Source: Candidatus Flemingiibacterium sp. (GTDB lineage: Bacteria; Bacillota; Clostridia; Oscillospirales; CAG-272). From it: 64,000 nt of DNA. The stretch covers positions 18,020 to 82,019 of the forward strand of contig JAZQXA010000097.1 of the NCBI GenBank assembly GCA_045632605.1. Direction: 5' to 3'. The notes below the pieces were generated by a model, which was given only the letters and a program-made list of their open reading frames with translations, was not told where the DNA came from and did no database searches. Made by a program: the position numbers and the translations under genes. Below, piece by piece: positions 16,227 to 26,127 of this stretch (positions are counted from its first letter, which is position 1; each line of letters starts with the position of its first letter).

Positions 16227-17585
16227 TTGAAAGGCAATATAGTGCTTATGCTGTTGTTTCAATTGCTGCTTATCGCTCTTAATGCGGTGTTCGCAAGTGC
16301 GGAAATTGCAGTTCTCGGCATAAGTGAAGGAAAGCTCGAAAAGCTTTCCGAAGACGGCGACAAACGCGCCAAAAAATTACTTAAACTAACAAATCAACCC
16401 GCAAAATTCCTTGCAACGATTCAGGTTGCGATAACCCTTGCCGGATTCCTCGGCTCGGCTTTCGCGGCAGAGAATTTTTCAGAACCGCTTACAAAATGGA
16501 TTGTTTCGCTCGGTGTTACAATGATTCCCGAAGAATCAATTGAAGCTGTTGCGGTTATTCTGATTACGCTGATTCTCTCGTTTATTACGCTTGTGTTCGG
16601 CGAGCTTGTTCCGAAACGTATCGCAATGCGCAAGTCCGAAAAGCTGGCACTTTCTCTTGCAGGAACGGTATCATTCCTCGGAAAAGTGTTCAAACCGCTT
16701 GTGTGGCTTCTCACAGCGTCCACAAACGGCGTTCTCCGTATAATGGGTATCGACCCCAACGAGGACGACAATGACGTCAGCGAGGAGGATATACGCGTTA
16801 TGGTCGATTCGGCTGCCAAAAGCAGTCAAATTGACGATGAAGAACGCGATTTCATTCAGAATGTCTTTGAGTTTGATGACCTTACCGCAGGCGAAATTGC
16901 AACTCACCGCACCGATGTTACGATGCTCTGGCTCGACGAATCGGATGAGGAGTGGAACTCGATCATTCACGAAAGATGTCATATGTTCTATCCCGTGTGC
17001 GGTGAATCTGTCGATGATGTTGTCGGTGTGCTTTATCTGAAGGATTATTTCAGACTTGACACGCAGACTCGCGAAAATGTGATGGAAAAGGCTGTAAAGA
17101 CTCCGTATTTTGTTCCCGAAAGCGTTAAGGCTGACGTACTGTTCCGTAATATGAAAAATGGCGGCAAGACCTTTGCAGTCGTGCTCGACGAATACGGCGG
17201 TATGCGCGGTATCATAACGATGAATGACCTTATCACAAGGCTTGTCGGAAATCTCGGAAGCGATGAGGACAATGCAGCAAAGGACACTGCATCACTCACC
17301 CAAATCGGAGATGATACATGGAACCTCGTCGGTAATGTCCCGATTGAAGAAATTGCAGAGAAGCTTGACGTAAAGCTGCCTGAGGATGATTTTGACACAT
17401 TCAGCGGAATGGTATTCGCAGAGCTTGGAAACATCCCAGATGACGGCGAAACCTTTGAGCTTGAAGCATGGGGGCTTCATATTGCAGTAAGCGTTGTGCT
17501 TGAACATCAGATTGAGGCTGCAACGCTGACAAAGCTGCCCGAGCCTGACAGCGACGAAGAAGCTGACGACAGGGAAGACGTTTAA
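16227..17585 (+). CDS. CNNM/HlyC/CorC family transporter (DUF21 TM domain, CBS pair, CorC_HlyC domain)
   Basis: 452 aa. The TTG start lies 6 nt after AGGAGGA. It carries the hallmark FGELVPKRIAMR, four N-terminal TM helices, a central CBS region and a C-terminal transporter-associated domain with an acidic tail. Confidence 0.85.
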   Translation: MKGNIVLMLLFQLLLIALNAVFASAEIAVLGISEGKLEKLSEDGDKRAKKLLKLTNQPAKFLATIQVAITLAGFLGSAFAAENFSEPLTKWIVSLGVTMIPEESIEAVAVILITLILSFITLVFGELVPKRIAMRKSEKLALSLAGTVSFLGKVFKPLVWLLTASTNGVLRIMGIDPNEDDNDVSEEDIRVMVDSAAKSSQIDDEERDFIQNVFEFDDLTAGEIATHRTDVTMLWLDESDEEWNSIIHERCHMFYPVCGESVDDVVGVLYLKDYFRLDTQTRENVMEKAVKTPYFVPESVKADVLFRNMKNGGKTFAVVLDEYGGMRGIITMNDLITRLVGNLGSDEDNAAKDTASLTQIGDDTWNLVGNVPIEEIAEKLDVKLPEDDFDTFSGMVFAELGNIPDDGETFELEAWGLHIAVSVVLEHQIEAATLTKLPEPDSDEEADDREDV

Positions 17586-17592
17586 ATAAAGC

Positions 17593-17630
17593 AAAGAGAG
17601 CTGCCACACAATGTGGCAGCTCTCTTTTCA
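17593..17630 (+). terminator. Intrinsic terminator after the CNNM gene
   Basis: Stem GAGAGCTGCCACA pairs with TGTGGCAGCTCTC, followed by TTTTC. Confidence 0.85.
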
Positions 17631-17668
17631 AATAAAGAAAATCCCCGTCGGTTGTTTAATCGACGGGG
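17629..17668 (-). terminator. Intrinsic terminator after the SleB-like gene
   Basis: Stem CCCCGTCG (17643-17650) pairs with CGACGGGG (17661-17668). On the minus strand it is followed by ATTTTCTTTATTT. Confidence 0.7.
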
Positions 17669-17682
17669 AAGTTTGATTAAAA

Positions 17683-18636
17683 TCAGCGTCCGGGATAGAA
17701 TGTTGTAAGATGACCTTGAATCTTGTCAATGGTACCGTCAGCATTCTTTGCGAACATGAAAGAATTGTTCTTTTCAAACGAAGCTTCAATTCTTGTTGCA
17801 CAGAAGTAATAGTAATTGCTCGGGAAAACTGTTACTCCTTCTATAAGCACCTCACGTGCGGCAACAACTGCTTCTTCGGTGGGGGTGAATTTTGCGAGTT
17901 TGTCTGCCGGGCTGAACTGGTAGAGTGTAGCACCGGAAGCGGTTTTTGTTGACTGGAGAATTACTCCTTCAACGCTGTTGGGGAAGCGTGAACTTTCAGC
18001 GCGGTTTCTGATGCACTGTGCGACTGCGCACATTTCCCAGTATTTTTCCTGATAGTCTTCAAATCTGTAAAGACTGGAACCGTTGCCCATTACCTCAAGC
18101 TGAATGATAGTTGCCGCGAGGATGATTTCTTCCTCTGTTACACTGACTTTTGGAGTTTGTATTGTGTAGGAAACACCGAGCTCGTCCGCAAGAAATCCGG
18201 TTTTCATTTCGGGAACTACATAGTAAAAACCGTTTTCATCAACAGCCGAGTGAGATTTGCTTATGTTTGCGGCTTGGGTTTCGGGAATTACTGCTTCAAT
18301 TATTACTGTGGTTTCTTCAATGGGGGCAGGCGCTTCGGTTTCGGGTACAGCTGTTTCGGTTTCTGCATCCGTTAAAATTTCGGGAGCATCTGCGATGAGG
18401 TTGCCGGTATAATTAGTGATGATTTCGGGTTCGGTTTCCTCGGGTTCTGTAGTCGCTGCTTCGGTGACGGTAGGCGTGATTACACGAGTCGGCTCATCAA
18501 TGTCGCAGGAAGTGGTTTCCTGCTCCTGCACGTCGGTATAAGGTGCGGCTGCAATAATAGAGGTGAATACGATCAGAATGATCATAGCGAGCGCGATGGA
18601 ACGCGTTCTCTTTTTGTTGTCGGATAAGCCTGACAC
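17683..18636 (-). CDS. Membrane-anchored cell wall hydrolase, SleB/Hydrolase_2 family C-terminal domain
   Basis: From ORF 17683..18678 (TTG). I prefer GTG 18636, 7 nt after GGAGGTG. It has an N-terminal TM helix (IALAMIILIVFTSIIAAA), a Thr/Glu/Pro-rich linker and a C-terminal block CAVAQCIRNRAESSRFPNSVEGVILQ ... YQFSP typical of SleB-like hydrolases. Confidence 0.7.
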   Translation of the reverse strand: MSGLSDNKKRTRSIALAMIILIVFTSIIAAAPYTDVQEQETTSCDIDEPTRVITPTVTEAATTEPEETEPEIITNYTGNLIADAPEILTDAETETAVPETEAPAPIEETTVIIEAVIPETQAANISKSHSAVDENGFYYVVPEMKTGFLADELGVSYTIQTPKVSVTEEEIILAATIIQLEVMGNGSSLYRFEDYQEKYWEMCAVAQCIRNRAESSRFPNSVEGVILQSTKTASGATLYQFSPADKLAKFTPTEEAVVAAREVLIEGVTVFPSNYYYFCATRIEASFEKNNSFMFAKNADGTIDKIQGHLTTFYPGR

Positions 18637-19133
18637 GTCAATGCACCTCCGATCTGTTTGCGGCTGCTGTGTCCGCAAAAAACTCTTTTAATATGTTTGC
18701 TGTCATAAAATGCTATCCTTTCGTATTGCCGTTCTTCGGAAGAGATACAGTGAAGATTAGACTGAACGGTGTTTTAAGACCGATTATGATGCACAGAAAA
18801 ATTATATGCATCGGTGTTCCCATATATTACGTGCAAAGGTCTTTGCACACTGATGTTGATAACCCGGTCTTGAGGCGAGCAATTAATATTATACTCGAAA
18901 ACTTTCAATTTTGCAAGCCCTTTTCTAAAAAATGGGCACTATGCCGTAATAATCCGGGATAAAAATAACATCAATATGCGTTTTAAACAAGAATTTTCCT
19001 ATATTTTTACCATAAAATTACAGAAATAATCATTTTATCCAAAAATAAAAAAGTTTTTATACAGCGATATTCGCATAAAACTATGAATGAAAAACCATAG
19101 TTCAGCCAAATATGGGACACCTATAAAAAAACG

Positions 19134-19162
19134 ATGTATATTTTATGTATATTATGTATATT
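19134..19162. repeat. Short tandem repeat, 3 copies of ATGTATATT
   Basis: Copies at 19134-19142, 19145-19153 and 19154-19162, inside a ~730-bp AT-rich non-coding stretch. Confidence 0.8.
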
Positions 19163-19370
19163 TTTATACCGTATACAAAAAATACGCGGTTAAATTTACA
19201 GATGAAATTTTTGGATAAAAATGGCCGATTTTTTCAAAATCTCCTTATGCTACGGGGACTGTACGGTATATTTAATAAATGAAAGAAAATCTTCATTATT
19301 AATATATGAAAGATTAGAGCCGATTTTCTATTCCAATATTCATAATAACAGCTTGTTTTTAAGTCACCAC

Positions 19371-19399
19371 TTGACAAACTGAAAAAAACATGGTATACT
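19371..19399 (+). promoter_or_regulatory. Consensus-like promoter of the valS T-box leader
   Basis: TTGACA (19371-19376), 17-nt spacer, TGgTATACT (hexamer 19394-19399). Confidence 0.75.
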
Positions 19400-19404
19400 A
19401 TTTT

Positions 19405-19657
19405 TAAAGCAAAGACGGGAAGGAGTACGTTTCCGAGCGTGTTAAGAGAGCTGCCGTACGGTGCGAGGCGGTCACGCGGAGTTTCAGAAGTAGTCCCCGA
19501 GCTGCCAAGTGAACACAGATGTTACATCTGTTAAGTAGCCGACGCCGTTATCTTCACGTTACAGAAGAAGAAAAGTAATCGCTTTTCGCTGAGTTAAAAA
19601 TATCAGGTGGTACCGCGCATATGCGCCCTGACACAAACGTGTCGGGGCGTTTTTTGT
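19405..19657 (+). promoter_or_regulatory. T-box riboswitch leader (tRNA-Val sensing) with terminator
   Basis: AGAGAG at 19445. GGTGCGA distal motif at about 19460. Candidate specifier GTA/GTC at 19490-19495, upstream of AAGTGA. Conserved T-box sequence CAGGTGGTACCGCG at about 19604-19617. Terminator stem CGCCCTGACAC pairs with GTGTCGGGGCG, followed by TTTTTT (19622-19656). Confidence 0.9.
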
Positions 19658-19693
19658 ATCCCCGATGAAATATACACGAAAGGATATATTATA

Positions 19694-22315
19694 ATGAACA
19701 CCGAAATCAATCTTCCCAAAAATTATGCACCAAAGGATTTTGAAGACAGAATCTATCAGAATTGGTGCGACAAGGGTTACTTCACTCCCGAACGTGACCC
19801 TGAAAAGAAGCCTTTTACAATAGTTATTCCGCCTCCAAACGTAACCGGACAGCTCCACATGGGCCATGCTCTGGACGAAACACTCCAGGACATTCTCATC
19901 CGTTACAAGCGTATGCAGGGCTTTTCGACTCTGTGGGTTCCCGGTACAGACCATGCAGGTATCGCAACACAGATTAAGGTTGAGGAACAGCTTCGTGTCA
20001 ACGAAGGACTTACACGTTACGACCTCGGACGCGAAAAGTTCCTTGAAAGAGTGTGGGATTGGAAGAACAAGTACGGTTCGAGAATTATAAATCAGCTCAA
20101 GAAGCTTGGCTCGTCCTGCGACTGGACTCGCGAGCGTTTCACCATGGATGAGGGATGTTCAAAAGCTGTTAAAGAAGTTTTTGTAAATCTTTATGATAAG
20201 GGACTCATCTATCGCGGAAACCGTATTATTAACTGGTGTCCTCACTGCATGACTGCGCTTTCCGATGCGGAGGTTGAATACAGCGAACAGCCGGGTAATT
20301 TCTGGCATATCCGTTATCCGTTTGCTGACGGCTCGGGAGAGGTTATAATTGCGACAACACGTCCCGAAACACTTCTCGGCGATACTGCGGTTGCGGTAAA
20401 TCCCGAGGACGAGCGTTATTCTGCACTTGTCGGAAAGATGCTCATTCTTCCGCTCGTTAACCGTGAGATTCCCCTTATTGCCGACAACTATGTTGACAAG
20501 GAATTTGGTACGGGATGCGTTAAGATTACTCCTGCACACGACCCGAACGACTTTGAGGTCGGTCAGCGTCATAATCTTGAAAATATCCTCGTTATGAACG
20601 GCGACGGCAGTATCAATGCCGCTGGTGGAAAATATGAAGGTATGGATCGCTACGAAGCGAGAAAGGCAATTGTTGCTGATCTTGAAGCCGGCGGATATCT
20701 TGTAAAGGTTGAGCCGCACGCTCACAATGTCGGCTCGTGCTACCGTTGTGGAACAACAGTAGAGCCGCTTACTTCAAATCAGTGGTTTGTAAAGATGGCG
20801 CCTCTCGCAAATCCTGCACTTGCAGCAGCAGAAAACGGTGATGTCAAGTTCGTTCCCGAGCGCTTCACAAAGATATATAATAATTGGATGGAAAATGTAC
20901 ATGACTGGTGTATTTCCCGTCAGCTTTGGTGGGGACACAGAATCCCTGCATATTACTGCGACAAGTGCGGTGAGATGGTCGTTTCCAAGACTGATGTTGA
21001 CACCTGCCCGAAGTGCGGTGCAAAGATGCGTCAGGAGGAGGACGTTCTCGATACATGGTTCTCGTCTGCACTTTGGCCGTTCTCGACGCTCGGCTGGCCT
21101 GACAACACCGAGGATCTCAAGTATTTCTATCCGACAAGCGTGCTTGTAACCGGATATGATATCATATTCTTCTGGGTTTCGAGAATGATATTCTCCGCGC
21201 TTGAAAACACCGGTAAAGCCCCGTTTGAGCATATCTTCATTCACGGTCTTGTACGCGATGAGCAGGGAAGAAAGATGTCTAAATCGCTCGGAAACGGCGT
21301 TGACCCGCTCGAAATTATCGAAAACTACGGTGCGGATGCGCTTCGTTATGCGCTTATTACCGGTAATGCACCGGGTAATGATATGCGTTACTCTGATAAG
21401 AAGGTTGAAGCGGCGAGAAACTTTGCTAACAAGCTCTGGAATGCATCTCGCTTCACACTTATGAATCTTACTATCGACAAGGTAGAGCTTCCCGATACTG
21501 CTAATCTCAAAGCAGAGGATAAGTGGATTCTCTCGAAGCTTAATACGCTTATCGGAGAGGTCGTTGCTAATCTCGATAAGTTTGAGCTTGGTGTTGCACT
21601 TTCGAAGCTTTATGACTTCGTTTGGGATATCCTTTGCGACTGGTATATTGAGCTTGTCAAGCCCCGTCTTAACGAGGGTGACACTGTGGCACAAAATGTA
21701 CTTTGCTATGCTCTCGCTCAGACACTTAAGCTTCTGCACCCGTTCATGCCTTTCATTACAGAGGAAATTTATCAGGCAATACCGCACGAGAGCGAGTCTA
21801 TCATGATTGCCGAATATCCGAAGTACAATACTGCACTTGAATTTCCGACCGAAGAAGCACAGATGGCGAAACTCATTGAAGCTATTACGCTCATCCGTAA
21901 CCGTCGTGCAGAGATGAACGTTGCTCCCTCCAAGAAGGCAAAGGTTATCATTGCGACCGCAGACCGCGCAACCTATTCCGATGATACTGTTAAGTTCTTT
22001 GAAAAGCTCGCTTCTGCATCCGAGGTTGAGTTCGTCGAAGCTTATGCAGACGAGAATGCGGTTCAGATCGTAGCACAGGGCGCAAGCATATTTATTCCGC
22101 TTGGAGAGCTTATCGACTTTGCGAAAGAACGTGAGCGTCTTAACAAGGAACGTGAAAAGTATCTTTCCGAAATCGACAGAGTTGAAAAGAAGCTTGCCAA
22201 TGAAGGCTTTGTTGCAAAGGCTCCGGTTCAGCTTATCGAGGCTGAAAAAGCGAAGAAAGCAAAGTTTATCGAACAGCTTGCCGCTGTTGATGAAGCTATT
22301 GCAAAGCTCGGCTAA
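19694..22315 (+). CDS. valS: Valine--tRNA ligase
   Basis: ORF 19607..22315 runs through the T-box leader, so I moved the start to ATG 19694 ([11 protein letters not shown]), which follows AAGGA. HIGH-type motif [17 protein letters not shown] motif (RKMSKSLGN) and a C-terminal coiled coil. Confidence 0.95.
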   Translation: MNTEINLPKNYAPKDFEDRIYQNWCDKGYFTPERDPEKKPFTIVIPPPNVTGQLHMGHALDETLQDILIRYKRMQGFSTLWVPGTDHAGIATQIKVEEQLRVNEGLTRYDLGREKFLERVWDWKNKYGSRIINQLKKLGSSCDWTRERFTMDEGCSKAVKEVFVNLYDKGLIYRGNRIINWCPHCMTALSDAEVEYSEQPGNFWHIRYPFADGSGEVIIATTRPETLLGDTAVAVNPEDERYSALVGKMLILPLVNREIPLIADNYVDKEFGTGCVKITPAHDPNDFEVGQRHNLENILVMNGDGSINAAGGKYEGMDRYEARKAIVADLEAGGYLVKVEPHAHNVGSCYRCGTTVEPLTSNQWFVKMAPLANPALAAAENGDVKFVPERFTKIYNNWMENVHDWCISRQLWWGHRIPAYYCDKCGEMVVSKTDVDTCPKCGAKMRQEEDVLDTWFSSALWPFSTLGWPDNTEDLKYFYPTSVLVTGYDIIFFWVSRMIFSALENTGKAPFEHIFIHGLVRDEQGRKMSKSLGNGVDPLEIIENYGADALRYALITGNAPGNDMRYSDKKVEAARNFANKLWNASRFTLMNLTIDKVELPDTANLKAEDKWILSKLNTLIGEVVANLDKFELGVALSKLYDFVWDILCDWYIELVKPRLNEGDTVAQNVLCYALAQTLKLLHPFMPFITEEIYQAIPHESESIMIAEYPKYNTALEFPTEEAQMAKLIEAITLIRNRRAEMNVAPSKKAKVIIATADRATYSDDTVKFFEKLASASEVEFVEAYADENAVQIVAQGASIFIPLGELIDFAKERERLNKEREKYLSEIDRVEKKLANEGFVAKAPVQLIEAEKAKKAKFIEQLAAVDEAIAKLG

Positions 22316-22333
22316 ACGATAAACTCACATAAG

Positions 22334-22381
22334 AAAACCACTTGCATCCGTAAAAATCACGGAAATGCAAGTGGTTTTTTA
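22334..22381 (+). terminator. Intrinsic terminator after valS
   Basis: Stem ACCACTTGCAT (22337-22347) pairs with ATGCAAGTGGT (22365-22375), followed by TTTTTT. Confidence 0.85.
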
Positions 22382-22390
22382 TGAGCTTTT

Positions 22391-23392
22391 TTATCTGTCC
22401 TCGCGGAAATATGGCAGACCGAGTGATGCCGGGGCCTGATATTCCTTTTTCTTTCGGAGTGTAATAAATACGAGAACGATTATTGTCATGAGATAGGGAA
22501 GCATATCAAGGAACTGTGCGTTGATATGTCCAATAACGGGGATGTCCACGTTCTGGAGCTTCGGACCGAGTGCACGCATTGCACCGAAGAAATATGCTCC
22601 GAAGATTGCCTTTACGGGATTCCAAGTTGCGAAAATTACAAGTGCAACGGCAATCCAGCCCATACCGGCTGTGAGATTTTCTTTCCACTGGTCAACCGAA
22701 ACGAGCGAGAGATATGCGCCGCCCATTCCGCAGAGGAAGCCGCCGAAAGTGATATGGATATACTTATACGCTGCAATGTTAATTCCGGATGCATCAGCCG
22801 CGCCCGGGTTTTCGCCGATCATTCTCATGTTGAGTCCGAAGCGTGTACGCTTCATATAAATTGCGAGAATTACTGCAAGTAAAAGGGAAATATAAACGTA
22901 TATGCTCTGCGAGAACAGCATTTCGCCGAGAATCGGTATTTTTGAGAGCAACGGCATTTGAAAGTCAGACAGCGGCTCGGCAACACTTGCCGGCAGTTGT
23001 ACCTGCGTATACGGCTTTTCCTGGAATATGGTGGGTATTACTTCAACAGATATTTTCATGTTTCCGAGAAAACTTGAAAGACCCGTGCCGAATATCGTTA
23101 AAACAAGACCGGTTACAACGTGATTTCCCATGAGTGTTACAGTGATAAGTGCATAAATGAGCGAACAGAGAGCACCTGCAAGTCCTGCAGTGAGTATTGC
23201 AAGAAGCGGATTTCCTGACTTTACACCCATCATAAAGCCGGTGCAGGCACCCATAAGCATCATACCCTCAACGCCGAGGTTGGTGTGACCGACCTTTTCA
23301 TTGAGAATTCCGCCGAGTGTGCCGAAAAGAATCGGAGTACCCATCTGCACCGATGACTGCAAAAAGAGGGAAAGCTGATCTAAGAATTCCAT
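22391..23392 (-). CDS. ABC transporter permease (BMP/nucleoside-type importer, second permease)
   Basis: 333 aa polytopic membrane protein. Its ATG overlaps the upstream stop (TAATG). It lies in an operon with a BMP lipoprotein and a double-NBD ATPase. Confidence 0.85.
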   Translation of the reverse strand: MEFLDQLSLFLQSSVQMGTPILFGTLGGILNEKVGHTNLGVEGMMLMGACTGFMMGVKSGNPLLAILTAGLAGALCSLIYALITVTLMGNHVVTGLVLTIFGTGLSSFLGNMKISVEVIPTIFQEKPYTQVQLPASVAEPLSDFQMPLLSKIPILGEMLFSQSIYVYISLLLAVILAIYMKRTRFGLNMRMIGENPGAADASGINIAAYKYIHITFGGFLCGMGGAYLSLVSVDQWKENLTAGMGWIAVALVIFATWNPVKAIFGAYFFGAMRALGPKLQNVDIPVIGHINAQFLDMLPYLMTIIVLVFITLRKKKEYQAPASLGLPYFREDR

Positions 23393-24450
23393 TATTTTGC
23401 CTCCTTTCGCTTGATGACTATTTTGTAGTTGGTGAAAAATTCACTTGCCAATACGAAAAACAGGATTATACCCTGAATGGTTTCGGCAACGGATGCCGGT
23501 ATATCTGTCAGCGCTCCGAGTGAGCTTCCGCCTTGAAGGAGAACTGCGAAAAGGAAGGAACTTACAAGAATCATCGGTGCTGACAGCTTGGCAAGCCATG
23601 CTGTAATGATGGCGGTGAAGCCGAGTCCGGCGGAAATATTGTCGCCGAGTCTGCCCTCACTTCCAGTGGCTTGAAGCATACCTGCGAGTCCGCAGATGCC
23701 GCCCGAGATGATGACTGCAAGAATAAGTGTTTTGGTGACGTTCATGCCTGCATAGCGTGCAGTGTCGGGATTTTCGCCGAGAACAGATATTTCAAAGCCG
23801 AATTTTGAATATTTCATCAGAATATAAACGAGAATAACAAGTACAAGTGCCACTATCCAACCGATATGAACTCCAAAAACATCAGGAAGCTTTGCATTAT
23901 CAGTGAAAGCGTAAATCTTTGCCTGACCGCGTGCCTGCGGATCTTTCCACGGGCCGAGCGAAAGGTAGGTTATCCATTTTATTGCGATGTAGTTGAGCAT
24001 TAGCGTAACGAGTGTCTCACTTGTTCCGAGCTTGTGCTTAAGTATTGCAGGAATGAGTGCAAACAGTCCGCCGAATACAACAGCGGCAAGAGCCATAAGA
24101 GGAAGCATCAGATATATCGGCAGGTCAGGGCAGAGCAGCCATATCCATGTTGCGCCGAATGCACCCATATAAAACTGTCCCTCTGCACCGATGTTCCAGA
24201 ATTTCATCTTAAATGCAATTGAAACACCGAGTGACATAACAAGAAGCGGAATGCATTTTTCAATTGTAGCGGTACGGTTAAATGAGGTTCCAAGCGCACC
24301 TTTTATCATTTTTCCGTATACATCGATAGGGTTATAACCGAGAAATGCCATTATAATTCCTGCAGCAACAAGCGCAATTAATACAGAGGAGATTCGCAGC
24401 AACGATTCAGTTGCGGGAGAAAGGCCTTGTTTCTTTTGAATTTTAAGCAT
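23392..24450 (-). CDS. ABC transporter permease (BMP/nucleoside-type importer, first permease)
   Basis: From ORF 23392..24525. I moved the start to ATG 24450 (MLKIQKK), 8 nt after GGAGGA. It overlaps the end of the ATPase gene. Confidence 0.85.
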   Translation of the reverse strand: MLKIQKKQGLSPATESLLRISSVLIALVAAGIIMAFLGYNPIDVYGKMIKGALGTSFNRTATIEKCIPLLVMSLGVSIAFKMKFWNIGAEGQFYMGAFGATWIWLLCPDLPIYLMLPLMALAAVVFGGLFALIPAILKHKLGTSETLVTLMLNYIAIKWITYLSLGPWKDPQARGQAKIYAFTDNAKLPDVFGVHIGWIVALVLVILVYILMKYSKFGFEISVLGENPDTARYAGMNVTKTLILAVIISGGICGLAGMLQATGSEGRLGDNISAGLGFTAIITAWLAKLSAPMILVSSFLFAVLLQGGSSLGALTDIPASVAETIQGIILFFVLASEFFTNYKIVIKRKEAK

Positions 24451-25978
24451 TGCTTCTTCCTCCTTCGTTTTCAGTGTGTCCGAGCATGAGCATTCCGAGT
24501 TGCTGCTTATTGGTTTCTTTTGCATTGAGAATACCCATTATTTTACCCTCGTGAAGCACCATTATACGGTCGGAAATTCCGAGAAGTACGTCAAGATCTT
24601 CACCTATGAAGAGTATGCCGACTCCCTTTTTCTTCTGCTCATTGAGCACGTCATAAATGTTATACGATGCTCCGATATCAAGTCCTCTTACAGGGTATGC
24701 TGTTATGAGAAGCTCGGGATTCAGGTTAATTTCGCGTCCGAGAAGTACCTTTTGAATATTACCGCCCGAAAGCTTTTTTACAGTGTGGCTTGCAGACGGT
24801 GTAGAAATGTCAAAGCGTTCGATTATTCCGTTTGCAAGCTGTTTTCCGGCTTTACGGTTCATGAATATTCCGGGCATATTCTGGTATGATTTAAGGAGCA
24901 CATTGTCGGTGACTGACATTGAACCGACAAGTCCCATACCGAGTCTGTCTTCGGGAATAAATGACATTGTGATACCGCGTTTTATAATATCGCGCGGAGT
25001 AAGACCGACGATTGAAGAATCCTTGAAAATAATATCACCGTCTGCAACCTTATCGAGTCCGGCAATTGTTTCGCAAAGCTCCTTTTGACCGCTTCCGGCA
25101 ATTCCGGCAACGCCGAGTATTTCGCCGCTTGAAAGAGTGAACGATATGCTGTCAAGTGCTTTTCTGTGTTCGCCGTTAAGAACGGTGAGGTCTTGTACCG
25201 AGAGGATTTCGTGCTTCTTTTCAGGCTCAACATATGCACATTCGATATCAAGCGAAATCGGATGTCCGACCATAAGTTCGGTAAGCTCGTCCGCATTTGT
25301 TTCAGACGTGTTAAGTGTAGTAATGGATTCTCCTTTTCGAAGAATGGTAACACGGTCAGAGATATCAAGCACCTCAGCGAGCTTGTGTGTAATAATTACA
25401 ACAGAGCAGCCCTGCGCTTTCATCTTTCGAAGAATATCAAAAAGCACGGTTATTTCCTGCGGAGTAAGAACTGCGGTAGGCTCATCGAGAATGAGTATTT
25501 TTGCACCGCGGTAAAGAACCTTTAAGATTTCGCATGTCTGTTTTTCCGAAACGGACATATTATAAACTTTTTTATCCGGATCAAGAATAAGACCGTACTG
25601 TTCTTCGATTTTACGAATTTTTTCAGCCATGGCGCGTCCGCCGGTGAAAAGGGGATTATTTTTGTTTCCGCCGATGATATTTTCCTTTGCCGTCAATACA
25701 TCGACGAGCTTGAAATGCTGATGTACCATACCGATTCCGGCTGCTATAGAGTCCTGGGGAGAAGACAGAACTGCCGGCTTTCCGTAAAGCTCAATCGAAC
25801 CGTGGTCGGGCGAGTATATTCCCGAGAGGATATTCATGAGCGTTGACTTGCCGGAGCCGTTTTCACCGAGGAGAGCGTGTATCTCGCCGGTACGTACATC
25901 AAAGTTGATATTGTGGTTTGCTTTGACGCTTCCGAAGGACTTACAGATGCCTTGAAGCTTTACGCAGATATCATTCAT
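24443..25978 (-). CDS. ABC transporter ATP-binding protein with duplicated NBDs (sugar/nucleoside importer type)
   Basis: 511 aa. First NBD has Walker A GENGSGKST and Walker B ILILDEPTAVL. The second NBD carries LSGGNIQKV. Confidence 0.9.
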   Translation of the reverse strand: MNDICVKLQGICKSFGSVKANHNINFDVRTGEIHALLGENGSGKSTLMNILSGIYSPDHGSIELYGKPAVLSSPQDSIAAGIGMVHQHFKLVDVLTAKENIIGGNKNNPLFTGGRAMAEKIRKIEEQYGLILDPDKKVYNMSVSEKQTCEILKVLYRGAKILILDEPTAVLTPQEITVLFDILRKMKAQGCSVVIITHKLAEVLDISDRVTILRKGESITTLNTSETNADELTELMVGHPISLDIECAYVEPEKKHEILSVQDLTVLNGEHRKALDSISFTLSSGEILGVAGIAGSGQKELCETIAGLDKVADGDIIFKDSSIVGLTPRDIIKRGITMSFIPEDRLGMGLVGSMSVTDNVLLKSYQNMPGIFMNRKAGKQLANGIIERFDISTPSASHTVKKLSGGNIQKVLLGREINLNPELLITAYPVRGLDIGASYNIYDVLNEQKKKGVGILFIGEDLDVLLGISDRIMVLHEGKIMGILNAKETNKQQLGMLMLGHTENEGGRSNA

Positions 25979-26127
25979 TTGACTGCTTCCTTTTCAACAA
26001 TAAATATATAATACATTATATCATAATACGACGTGGTTCGTCAATAGAAAAGAAAATATTTTGCACAGTAAAAAATAAAAAAATCGACATCCCTTACGGA
26101 ATGCCGATTTATATAAATATTTAACGA

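Noticed and set aside
18669-18962. 97-aa plus-strand ORF in the AT-rich spacer
   Set aside because: It has a GTG start without an RBS and begins inside or next to the 5' end of the opposite-strand hydrolase gene. Its composition (many C, F, I, R) looks non-coding.
19134-19162. Tandem ATGTATATT units as a possible CRISPR or minisatellite
   Set aside because: The units are 9 nt long with no unique spacers, and there are only three copies. This is simple AT-rich slippage-type repetition, not a CRISPR array.
18950-19220. Possibility that the AT-rich region with DnaA-box-like 9-mers is the replication origin
   Set aside because: There are only two exact copies of a one-mismatch box and one weaker copy. 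No dnaA, dnaN or rpmH gene is nearby, and gene orientation does not switch around the site. I keep it only as a low-priority observation.
19607-19693. N-terminal extensions suggested by the ORF track for valS and several other genes
   Set aside because: The affected ORF-track starts are valS 19607, prfA 47099, MATE 52211, 5-FCL 35820, argG 62437, the orphan gene 41554 and the histidine kinase 57410. In each case the extension runs through a riboswitch, a terminator, a promoter or the preceding gene. An internal ATG with a proper RBS gives the family-typical N-terminus.
20774-21787. 337-aa minus-strand ORF inside valS
   Set aside because: It is antisense to a highly conserved housekeeping gene. 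It has no RBS or promoter, and its composition is typical of a shadow ORF.
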